A stretch of 44,634 bases of DNA from Monosiga brevicollis MX1. Lineage: Eukaryota. Shown here one piece after another: positions 1 through 10,844 of this stretch. The notes below the pieces were generated by a model that saw only the letters and a program-made list of their open reading frames with translations, did not search any database and was not told the DNA's origin. A program made the translations under genes and the position numbers. The first letter of the stretch is position 1. Each line of letters opens with the position of its first letter. Location: NCBI RefSeq assembly GCF_000002865.3, contig NW_001865090.1:62001-106634 (forward strand), written 5' to 3'.

Positions 1-846
1 CGGCAAAGCGCAGGTTTTCAACAACCGAGTCGTAGCCGGGGTAGACTTCAACGTCATCGTCCAGCGAGCCAAGAATGTCGTTCAAGACGCGGAAGAGATC
101 CTTGGCGGTGCCAGACATGCCCTTGGGCACTGACTTCTTCGAGGGAACGTCGGCAATCTTGCCCTCAATGGCATGAACGTTGATGGCGCCAGCACCACCA
201 CACAAAAGAGTGCCACCGGTGAAAACGGCCTTTTCGCCCGAGGAAGGGTCTTGAACCTCAAAGATGAGGGAGCCCTCAGTGAAGGAGTGGGCATCCTTGA
301 CAATGACGTCAAGGTTGCCAACCTTGATGTGCTGGCCGTGCTTGGCCTCCTTGTCCATGGCACGCGTGTTGTCGCCACGGCTGCCGTAGATTACGGCGTC
401 AGGGAACTGTGTTTGTTCGGAGGGACGCAGCAGGCAGGGAAACAGGTAAGCTCAAGCTCAAGTCGAAGCAATGTCCCCGCAAGCAAAACCGTAGTTCTCT
501 CAACACACACAACAACGGGGTCGGAACTTACCAGGCGCTTGACCTCTTCATTGTCACGGGTATGGTCCCATTTGTTGTCAGTGGAGAGGACGGCCACGAT
601 CTTGGCGTCCAGGCGGCGGGCGGCCTTTTCAAGCTGAGCATTCACAAAAAGCAGGACATTTTTAAATGGACAGTGAGTGGGTTTGTCGTTGTCGTGCTGG
701 GCAGCGCGCACGAGAGCGTTGACACGACTCGAGCAACGCACCTTGTTGACATCAGCGGCATCGATCACGGCAGCAGTGTTGGACGACTCATCAACCAACA
801 GGTACATGAGCGAGTTGCGGAGAACGGGGAGAACCTCGATATGCAT
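1..846 (-). CDS. Glyoxalase II (hydroxyacylglutathione hydrolase)-like metallo-beta-lactamase-fold protein with degenerate metal site; 3' end outside window
   Basis: Exons 846-742, 633-532 and 406-<1 join through GT-AG introns to give MHIEVLPVLRNSLMYLLVDESSNTAAVIDAAD..IVAVLSTDNKWDH..FPDAVIYG..IKVGNLDV..AVFTGGTLLCGGAG..GTAKDLFRVLNDILGSLDDDVEVYPGYDSVVENLRFA. This is colinear with glyoxalase II (e.g. GTADEM..LGRLP..T.VYCGHEYT..NLKFA). Confidence 0.85.
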
Positions 847-1539
847 GATGACGGTCTTGGGGTTGTGGAAAAAGAAAACTTCTTGGAGCACAAGGGCAAA
901 GTAGTTCAGTAGAGTCTTGTTGGCGCAAGCTGGTAGTAGGTCTAGTTCAAGTTTCAATGATGTGTGAATCACTGTCTGAGAAAATGCCACATCTGGCCGA
1001 GGGGCTCACACATATAGTGGCTGCATGGCCGACTGGCCCTGAAAGGGTGGCTGCGGGCTGCACGCATCTGCTTGATGATGCTGGCGATTGCCCGTGCAAT
1101 TGACAAAGTCAGTGGAGAATGACGTGGAAAGCTACAGGTCGCGGTAGTAGAAGGCAGGCGAGGCTCCAAGGGGCTAAGTGTGTTGTGGCGGACATTAAGA
1201 CAAGGGGAAAGCGATGGAAGACGCCGCGTGCATGGTCTTATGCAAAGCCCCAGGCCGAAGAAGAACGTTAGGAAAAGATGCGCTTGTCGCGCGTCACAAT
1301 GCCCATAAGCACTCAGTCGCAATCCAAGGTGTGTGGGTGTGGTGATGGCCCAAGCCATGCATTGACAACAAGCGCCCACAACCATACTCCCCTTGATACT
1401 CCATGCGCCACTACCCCTTTTGCTGGTGCGCTGCTTCCCCTCCCTAGTATCCTCCCCGAGGGCTCCAACCCACGCCCATCACACGTTTTGATCAGCCTTA
1501 CACATGCCGTACCGTGCTGACAATTCCATGCTGACAATT

Positions 1540-1745
1540 CAGAAGAAGAGAAGAAGAAGATGAAGATGAAGAAGAAGAAGATAAAGATCAAGATGAAGAT
1601 GAAGAGGGAGAAAAAAGAAGAAGAGGGAGAAGAAGAAGAAGGGGGAGAAGCAGTTGAAGCAGAAGCAGCATCAGAAGCAGAAGCAGCATCAGAAGCAGAA
1701 GCAGCATCAGAAGCAGAAGCAGAAGAAGTTGAAGCAGAGTAAGGG
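1540..1745. repeat. GAA-rich low-complexity tract with three 18-bp units (GAAGCAGAAGCAGCATCA) in a divergent intergenic spacer
   Basis: Directly visible repeats; they generate spurious K/E/F/S-rich ORFs on both strands. Confidence 0.9.
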
Positions 1746-1966
1746 AAGAAGATCTGCAAGGAAGCGCAGGTCAAGAATGAACAGATCTAAAGAAGATGTA
1801 GAAGATAGGGGAGAAAAAGAAGTGAATGACCATAGTCAAAAGGCTTACAAAGCAAAACTAGCTGGAGAACATGGCGAAGAATAGGAGGAAGTTGAAGACA
1901 GTTACTCAAGATTCAATGTCAGATAAAACGCGCGCGCTGGCAAATCATCAACAAACGACAAGAACG

Positions 1967-4764
1967 ATGGGCGGGTGGGGACGCCGCCGGCAGCAGGGCG
2001 CGGTGGCGGTGTTGCTGCTCTGGATCGCGGTTCGGGGGGCAGTAGAGGGGGCTGAGAGCAGCATGATCCTGTCATCGGTGGGCAATGCTGACAGTCGGTT
2101 CAATAATCAGAGCTTTGTGCGGGCCGCTGGCTACACACACATGGCTGCCAGCAACCTGCAGCTATGTCTATCGTATCGCTGGCTCAGCCCGGCAATCTTT
2201 CCCAACGGCTCGGATGCCGAGGCCTGGCGGGCAAAGTGCGTCAAGACGGCCCAAAAGGAGATCGACGCAGCCCACGCACAGGGGCTCAAAGTCAGTACCT
2301 CCAGTCGACCTATAGTTCTCAGGAAGACCCGTGTAAACCAGTGCATCCCCATGCGCCATCTCGGCTCTCATTCAAGGTTTGGCGTTTGCATGCGGCCTTG
2401 CGTTGCATAGACCAATCATGCCATGGACGTCTTTACCTTTCCTTCAACGCTGATCGCTACGTTTCCAAACATGACGGATGGGCATGGCACCATCGTCCTC
2501 TCCCCTATGACCCAGCGTGTGCTGGCCGGCATGGTGGATGAGATGGTAGCCCTCTTCCCGACCGCGGACAGCTACATGATTCGTGTGGGTGAAAACTACC
2601 TGCCCTCCGAACCCTATTTTACCGGCAACGAAGCGGTCAACTTTAGTGCCCCCTTTGATGTGCAACAAGCCGATTACGTGCTTCTGATCCGCATCCTCAA
2701 GGCTGCCTTTGTTGAAAAGCGTGCGTTTGCCGTGCGCTACAACCTTAGCGCTCTCATCATCGCCACCCCCTATTGACTTCAGTTGCCCTGCTTTTGTGAC
2801 CTTACGCCCTCTATCTCTCCTGCTGGACGCCGAATACTTCTTGGTCCCTTGCTTGGTAGACGATCGAGTCTTTGTCGTTCGTACATGGGACACGTCTGGT
2901 GCGTCGTCTGATTTTCCTGAGGCGGGCATCACCGATGGGACAGGCCTCACAGTTTGTTGAGCCATGTATCGGCAGGCTTTGCTCCTTCGTCACCCAAGCG
3001 CTTCCACTCCAGTCTAGCGTACTACCTGAACGTCACAAACCAAATCACGCCCCATCCCAAACTCATTTTTTCCATCAAGCACGGTACACTCTACCGCGAC
3101 CAGGTTCCCTCGCTCAAATATAAAGCCCGCGCGCGTGTCCGTGTCCGTGTGCAAAGCAAAGCTTACTTTCGGTACTTTCCCGTTGCTATGCATGGTAGTC
3201 ATGCTTGATTTTTGGCCCTACGTGGCGTTTAATCCCACTTTGGCCCAGGGTGCACATCAACAAATTGTTGAAGTGGAGTGTGCGCGCGAATATGAAGGTG
3301 TGTCCATTGTGCGACAAACACTGGCACGGATCTTTGGCATTCACTTTTGAGCATTTGCTGTTGAGCAACATAGGTAAAGGAGCATTTCCCAACTACATTG
3401 GTCACGGCGTGATAAATCGCTGGGCTGAGGTGCTTGACGGCCAGGGGCTCAAGGACGTAGTCAACAGCTCGCTCATCACGGGGCTCTGGCTTTGGAGCTC
3501 GGGCGGGTACGTCGGGCGCAGCGAACATGTTGTTATCCCATGTTTTATTTTTTTGTTCATTTCATGTCCAACTGAACCTCGTGTCAGGGGCTGGGGTGGC
3601 GTGCCCAAGGTTGGCGTCCATGAGCTGTGGCCTTTGATGAATACACTGGTGATCTTACGATGGTGGCGCAACAACACCTCACCCATTCCCGGGTTGAGTG
3701 CCGATGAGGCTTTTCTGGCCACCTGTACGGAGGACTTGGGCATGGCGGCAAAGGGGTGCCCCAGCCTATTGACAGCGGCTGTGGCTTCACAGGAGGCTGT
3801 ACTCCAAATGCGTTATTGCCAGCCCTATGATGCTAGCCTTCTAAACCAGTACATGCCCACGAACAACTGGTTCCGCGATGATCGAATGGTGTGCTTTGAT
3901 TCAGCGCGCGTGTCGTATCGAGACGGTATTGTGTATTGATGGGCTGGCTGGCATCTTGTCTAGGGTGGCTATGACCAACTCAATGGCTTGACGTACGGAA
4001 CGGGCCCGATCTTTCCATACTTGTGCGTGGCGATTCTTTGTGTTGTGAGGCTGCAAGGTTAAGCAAGTTGGTCACGACAAACGTTCGCTCGGGGATGTAG
4101 ATATGAGCACGAGCTCTTGGAACAAGCTGTGGCGGAGAAGCAGGCCGCGACAGCAACGTGGGCCCGGATCCAAAGCTTGATTGGCGCGGGCACGGCCAAT
4201 GTGACCACGTGAGAAGCGGTTGCCGTGGTATGTGTGTGTGTTTGCATGTCCTTTGCTCAAGGGTGGTTCCGGTGTGCGTGGTATATAGGGGCTGGGCACC
4301 CTTTTTCCGTGATTCAGCCAAATACGGGGCCTTGCTCTCTCACATCATCGCAGCTGGTTGGACAGTGAGTGACTTCTTTTGAAGGACCTGCGCTGGGCAC
4401 GCAGGCGATTGATGTGGCTGCACTCGCTCTGTGAAGGTCCTGGCCTTGGGATTTGCAGGGAACCAGACGGGTCACTTTAATGTCACAGGGCTGACAGCGG
4501 CCGTACGTGAGTACGATGCAGCGCGCAGCGCTTATCAAGAGTTTTTGGACGAGGTAAGACGGGACAGCACGAGCCAGTACTACTGCTAGGCGTCCGAGTC
4601 CACGGGCCTCATGCTCACAGTGGGATGGTGCGTCGCAGATGGGTTCGGCAGTGGCTTCGCCCATGTATCCGTATTACGAGGACGTGGATGGCCACAACAA
4701 TAACGTGACGCATGCCCCCGGTCTCAATGCCAGCGTTGACCTGTTTCGGCGCATCGAGGATTGA
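1967..4764 (+). CDS. Secreted uncharacterised protein, probable glycoside-hydrolase-like (TIM-barrel) enzyme of a bacterial-type family; about 11 exons
   Basis: Signal peptide (AVAVLLLWIAVRGAVEG). Spliced frame contains IDAAHAQGLK, FPTADSYMIRVGENY, VRTWD, FSIKH.DFW..FNPTL, QIVEVECAREYEGKGAFPNY, GLWLWSSGGGWGG, WFRDD and ends PGLNASVDLFRRIED* (TGA 4762-4764). Several NxS/T sequons. Family assignment is from recalled motif similarity only. Confidence 0.7.
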
Positions 4765-5035
4765 TTGAGCGGGACGCAACGGTGACGGCGCGTTTCCAAC
4801 AAAAAGCAATTGACAAGGGCAACAAAAAAGCAATTGACAAGGGCGTTGTCTCGTTCTCCAAAGGTGGAGAAAAAGAAGGAACAACCCCCGCCAAGAAAAA
4901 ACAAAAAAACCAAGACAAAGGTCGATTCACTGTGTGAGGAAGGGCGGTTCAACCTCTGGCTGAGCATGTGCAAGTGAGAGAGCATGGAGACCGGAAGGTG
5001 CTGGCGCAGCCGAGCGCACGTGTGCGGGCAAGAAA

Positions 5036-5835
5036 TTATGACTGGGCTTGGTGTTGGCGGCGAATCTCAATTGCGGCCTTGTCGACCTCCAAGAGGCCAA
5101 TCATGACGCCATCCGGCGAGCGCAATGTAGCCAGCTGCAACGAGGCAGAGTGATGGCGGAGCCAGGGGCGAGGGGGTTGGGGGGGGGGGGGGGGGGTTTT
5201 TNNNNNNNNNNNNNNNNNNNNNNNNNNNNNNNNNNNNNNNNNNNNNNNNNNGGGGTAGATGATTGGCGTGTGAGTGATAGCGGGGCAAGGCGTCGAGGTC
5301 TGAAGGGGCGTTGGCCTGCTGTTGCCCCGGTCCGGCAGCAGCAGAAGCAGCGGGCGCATTGCAAGTCGGTGTCGGGGTTGACCCACCTTGTGATCCGTTT
5401 CGTAGAGGATGCGGCCATCGAGATGAGCACCGAGTTCGAGGAGGCTGTACATGGTCGTGTCCAGGTCGGCGACTTCAAAGTTGAGAAAGGGCGAATAGCC
5501 GTTGGACAACACAGCCTCTTGCCTTGGCGTTTGATCAGGCGAGAACCACAAAGCGGTCAAGAAGTACGACATTCAGGCCACCAGCAGCATGCCCCTCCGT
5601 TTGCCACCACAGCTCTCCCGGTACAGCGAGGGGCTGATGCCTTGACTTACCCCATGGGCACCTCACGGAGGACGAGCTGGGTAGCGCCGGCATCGAGCAA
5701 GACTTGATTTTCGGAGGAGGCCAGGACCGGCAAGTTGAGGCCCGTCTCGAAGAAGCGACGGCTGGTCGGCAAGGATCGCACCAAGACCAGGGCCGAGGCC
5801 AGGACCGTCTTCACCGCCGCGGCACCGCCGGCCAT
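5036..5835 (-). CDS. VOC / glyoxalase-bleomycin-resistance fold protein
   Basis: Exons 5835-5651, 5522-5387 and 5134-5036 give ..LVLVRSLPTSRRFFETGLNLPV..GYSPFLNFEVADLDTTMYSLLELGAHLDGRILYETDHKLATLRSPDGVMIGLLE.., typical paired beta-alpha-beta-beta-beta VOC motifs. Confidence 0.85.
5202..5251. other. Assembly gap (50 N) inside an intron, next to a poly-G run
   Basis: Run of N. Confidence 1.
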
Positions 5836-6439
5836 GATGTCCGTCCGTCCGTCCGGTCGGCCGACACGATACGCGAAATCAGTGAGGGATGAGAATGGCC
5901 CACACAGTGTCGAAAGCAGTGAGAGGTGCTGCGAGCCGGGAGGGGGGAAAAGGGGTCGATACACCTCTGTGGGGCTTGGGATGTGTATGTCATGATCGAC
6001 GATGATGAGCATCCGTATGATGACGAGCATCCTCACCCAGCTTTTGAATAGCTGTGACGTTCATTTGCGCGTTTAAATCTATTGTGATTTCACATGTGGT
6101 TGTGATGCAGCATCCTGAGGTCTAATCGTGGGTCGCATCCGTGCAGCATGCAATCATACCCCCCAGCTCACCCACACCCACATTTACCCTACTTGTGTGG
6201 GCTCCCTCTGCTTCGCAGGCGCAATGCAAAGCCGGACGACGACAATTCTGCATGGTTTCTTCCCACAGCCCCCATTACTCTCTCTCGTGTGATGCCTGCC
6301 CCCTGTACACAACTTTAAAAGTACACGTAACAATAAGTTGTCGGTGGGATGCGATGGGATGCTTTTCACCTCTTTGTTGGTGTCTTTGTCCTGAGCACGT
6401 TGTAGTTTTTTCGACGATTTACCTGTATCGGAAGGAGTT

Positions 6440-6462
6440 TAACCCTAACCCTAACCCTAACC
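6440..6462 (+). repeat. Interstitial telomere-type repeat (TAACCC)3 TAACC
   Basis: taaccctaaccctaaccctaacc = reverse complement of TTAGGG units. Confidence 0.9.
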
Positions 6463-7741
6463 AATCGAAGGAAGGAGGCCAATTGTGATCGAGTCTTGAT
6501 TCTTCGCTTGAAGGAGCAGCCAGCGAGCAGGCATGGAGACAGGCGAGAAGCGCCGTCTGTCCGTACGTGGCATCGTGCATCAACCTCACATCCCCTTGAT
6601 CTGAAAGATCATATGAACCTGTTGAGGTTGCACAAACACAACAACACGAGGCGAAGTGAAGCCCCCAAAACCCACACAGCGAGGTTCTCACACCCACAAA
6701 CCCACATCACCCACACCCATAAAACCCCTCGACGCTGGCAACGACACCTCACGATTCACATCCGGCCTGCATCCTCATTCTTCGAGATTTTTTTTTTTGT
6801 TAACCACACCTTCCAAAGGGTGAGAGGTAGTGGGGCTCCCTCTTGCCTCCGTACACCTCCTCCCCGGTCCCGCGACACACACACACACACAACACACACA
6901 CACGGGTACAAGACGGCAGCGCCGCGCGACCAGCGGCTTGATCCATATCCCCCCCGCCTTCCCATATGTGCTCTGTTTTTGCCCTCTCGAGCGCGGTCGT
7001 CGAGCAGCCCTTGCCCCATATCATAACGTCTCCACCTTGACGCTTTAAACCAGCCCCCTCTCTTTCCACCACCACCACCACCCCTTCACCATCTCAAAAC
7101 CTTCATTTTTCCCTTAACAGCTACACTTGGACCGAGTATACCGTCCATGCCCTTGCTCTCTGCCTGTGCCCCGTACCCCGTGCCCCGTACCCCTCTCTCC
7201 GCTTTGGCTCTCTCCCGCTCTCTTTCGCTTTCTCTCTCTCTCTCGCTCCCTCCCTCTCTTGCTCTCGTTCACTTTTACCATCACACTTTGGGAACTTGAG
7301 CGCCTTGCGCCTCCTTGCCGTCTACATTGGTCGCCGACCATTTTTGTCGGCCCTCGAGGCTCGAATCTCTTCGCTTGACCGCAAGCCGCGATTGAGACGT
7401 TGTCCCAGTCTTTCACTCGCCAAGGGGCTCTTTCTCGACGCGTTTTGGCTAAGCGAGCTTGGTGCCTCATCAATCAAACAGCCCGATCCAGAAAGAGCGT
7501 AAAGAGCGTATCCCAACTTCTGGCCTGCGCCACATTAGCGCGCTCGCTCGACCGCCCTCGCCAGGTACGACAGAGCCTTTTGGTTGGCGCGCATCATGTC
7601 TTCCTTCCTGCCTTCCTTCCTCCATTTCTTGCCGGCGCGACACCATTTCCGTTTCCGAGTCTGATCTTCTGGTTTCAATTCATCGTTCGTACACCTCATT
7701 TTCTCGGTTGGTTGTTTTCGCCTGGTGGGGCTTGCAGCATC

Positions 7742-10072
7742 ATGGCCAAGCGCGTGGCCTCAGACGCGGGCAGCATGGGTACCCCTATGGCTCAACGTCC
7801 CGCGTTGGCCCGATCACCTGAATCAGAGCTTGACAATCAACGCATCTCCGCAACGGTGTACAATTCTGGCCGGGTCAGCAAGAGCCACAAGAGCCACAAG
7901 AGTCAAAAGAGTCACAAGGCTCACAAAAGCCATAAAGGCCACAAGTCTAGCAGCCGACCCAAAAAGGAGGTTCGAACGCAAACCTGCCAAACCAGCACCA
8001 CTCTAGAGGACTTGACCCTTCTCGCCAAAACCGCCGCCGACAAAGAACTCGCGCAAGCACGCCCCAGCGTGACCCTCATCAAGGCGCTCGACCACGACAA
8101 GAGCCAGGCAAACAGTCCAAACCATGGCCATTTGCCCAGCACAGGCGAGCCATCTGCTGTCGAGCCCAACAATAGGCATCACAGTGTGACAAGCAGCAAC
8201 GGCCACAGCAATGGCCTCAACAGCCCGACCAGCCACAACAACACGGCCACCAACAGCACCGCCCACACGCCCAGCTTACCGGTGCCCATTGTTAAGCCAC
8301 AGGCCGCCAACGCCCCTCACCCCACCTTTTCAAATTCGGACATCACCCCATCCCAGCCCCAGCCACGAGCCCCTCAGCCCTCAACTGCAAGTTCGCGGCA
8401 TCAAGCCGTCGTGGCCGTGTCCAAAGCCAGCTCTTCTTCGAGCGTTGACAGTGAACGCGATGAACATGCCCACCAGCAGAGCCGCGACTCATCCTCCTCG
8501 AGCAGCTTGGCGGAAGGGGAGTCAAGCCGCCACCCCGTGCATCACTCGTTGACTACCGCTCCAAGCACCAAGGAGCAAAACCCACCCGTCAAGGCGAAAG
8601 CAACGCACGCCACGCATGCCTCAGGTTTCAACCCAACCCCCAGCAAGTCGAATCAAGACGCGGCTCCTACCAGCCAAGCACATGCGCTCTCCCGCGCCCA
8701 TAGTGGTGGTGCTTCAACGACGAGTCACGTCATCCACATGCCCTTCCAACAACAGGCTGCCAATCAAGCACAGGCACAGGCCATGCAGGCACAGGCCATG
8801 CAGGCACAGGCCATGCAGGCACAGGCCATGCAGGCACAGGCCATGCAGGTGCAGGCCATGCAGGCGCAGGCCATGCAGGCTCAAGGCCTGGTCAGCCATG
8901 CTCCCTCAGCCTATCATGCACCTCATCTGATGCAGTCCAACATGATGGGGGGTCAGCACACGCACATGCAACCCATGAACATGCCGTTTGCTGCGGGCAT
9001 GGCTCCGCATCAGATGCAAATGTATTCGGCGTATTCACACCCTCATCACCAACAGCAGCAGCAGCAACAACAGTTTAATACCATGTTTGCCCCCATGCCT
9101 GGCATGATGCAGATGCACCACCCTGGTATGATGGCTTATTCTCAACCCGGCATGATGAACATGGGATCGGGTATCATGCCCCAGCATATGACCATGAGCG
9201 GCGCCATGGTACCCCAACAGCACTACATGCTGAACATGCCACAAGCACAACAACAAGCTCAGCATCAGCCGTCGCAGCTTCAGCAGCAGATGCTCATCCC
9301 CGCAGTCAGCCTGCCAGCTGCATCAGCCACCCTGTCTCACGACCCGTCGAGTGGTAGCGCAAACATGGTGACGGCGCTGGCCAATAGTGCTCTCCAGCAG
9401 CAGCAACAACAGCAACAAGACAAACAGCAGGCTAGACCTCGACCCCGTCTTTTGACTTCGGCCGATCGCGAAAAGACCTTGAAGAGCCTCAAGCCTCGCC
9501 TCAGTCAATACACACGTAAACTCGCCGCTGCTTTACAAGAGCTGCGTCAGCTGCAAATGATGACCACCCCGGAGCTCCTGGCTCAACGCCGCGAGAAGTA
9601 CAATGCCGTCAAGACCAAGCAGGGCATTTGCCAGCAGTGTCTGCGCAAACGCATTTTGCATACCAAATGGCCGCTCTGCCTCGCCTGCATCAAGCACAAC
9701 TCTTCTCACCTCAAGCAATTCAAGCAACGCTTCGCCATTGAACCGCACAACGACCTTGAGCTTTACATCTACGGTTTGTTTCTTTCCACCGCTGTTATGC
9801 TCCAGCCCTTTTGCTTGCCGTTCTGACCGTTTATCTGCTAGCATGTTTTTTTTTCTCACTCAAGGACTTGCGTTGTTTCGCTTGATTTTTCTGCTTGCGC
9901 TTCAACAGTGACCATGGGTCGCTTGTTGGCCAACTCGCGCCATCAGTGCTGTTGCAATTCGGGGCCTCTTCCATCGTGTGATTGCGTCTTTGACGAGGCC
10001 ACACTCCAGTGCATCCCCTGTCGCTTCATTCGCGGCTTGAAATGGACTATTGAGCTCGACTTGTGGACATAA
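7742..10072 (+). CDS. Low-complexity (S/H/Q/M-rich) putative nuclear protein with C-terminal Cys-rich, probably Zn-binding domain
   Basis: ATG 7742 (MAKRVASDAG). Exon 7742-9773, intron 9774-9908 (GTTTGT..CAACAG), exon 9909-10072. Contains (KSH)n, (AQAMQ)n and poly-Q tracts, then CQQC-x12-CLAC ... CCCNSGPLPSCDCVFDEATLQCIPCRFIRGLKW. Confidence 0.75.
8775..8880 (+). repeat. Coding 15-bp tandem repeat (GCACAGGCCATGCAG, about 7 copies) encoding AQAMQ
   Basis: Directly visible, in frame with the 7742 gene. Confidence 0.95.
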
Positions 10073-10844
10073 ATGGACTGATTCACCACTGCCCCGAGCC
10101 TGCGTAAATCCGCAAATGGGTCTGCGACCCGGGGGTGGACGGGTGGTGTCTGCTTGTTTTTGTTCATCGCGAGCCTTGTATGTTGTTTGTTTGTTTTCGT
10201 CACCACTTCACAGTGCCGTTATGAGGAAAGGTTGATGTTGAATCAGGTCTATTTTAGCTCTATAGCCAGATTGCGTGCCTTGTCTGAGTATGATTTGTCC
10301 TCGACGTGTGTAGTTGTCTTGGTTGTGTCAATGGCTTTGCTCTTCGTGTGAGTGCCACGTCAGTTCGGGGCTCGATTTTCGAGCTACCGGTTTGGTACTC
10401 GCTGTTATTCTTCTCTTGCACCGGGTGACATTGCTTTGCGCGGCGCCGTGGTCTGGATTGACATTTTCGGATAACGATGGTGGATGATGCTGGCCATCAA
10501 CCCTGATGTGATCATCTTTTTTTTTTTTTTTTGCACACGCGAAATGCGTGTTTGGCGCTACGCGCTAAATCACAATGCAAATTGAATCATCAAAATTATC
10601 GTTGATTTCAATTTTGCAAGCGTTTGCCCTCATGCTGTCTCAAAGGGTGGGTCCTTCTTCAGCAGCCGAGGGGTCAATTGGAGACTGGGGACGTGACGAG
10701 ACAACACGACCCACATCTTGTTTTCGCTCGGTAAAACGCACGATCACAAACACACCAGAGATCCAAACATACAAAAATAAAACAAAGCCAAGTGGAAGGG
10801 GCTGGCCCAAGCCCTGCGTGGGGTGGCCACACCACACGTGTTGC

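Noticed and set aside
1313..1884. K/E-rich and F/S-rich ORFs on both strands
   Set aside because: Translations of the GAA/18-bp repeat tract; no splice context or domain.
4797..4844. 23-24 bp tandem duplication (aacaaaaagcaattgacaagggc) after the GH-like stop
   Set aside because: Simple slippage duplication in a 3' UTR; two copies, no spacer, not CRISPR.
6440..6462. True telomere or chromosome end
   Set aside because: Under four units with genes on both sides.
7400..7741. N-terminal extension of the 808-aa ORF
   Set aside because: Begins at a non-ATG codon in pyrimidine-rich UTR/intron-like sequence; first good ATG is 7742.
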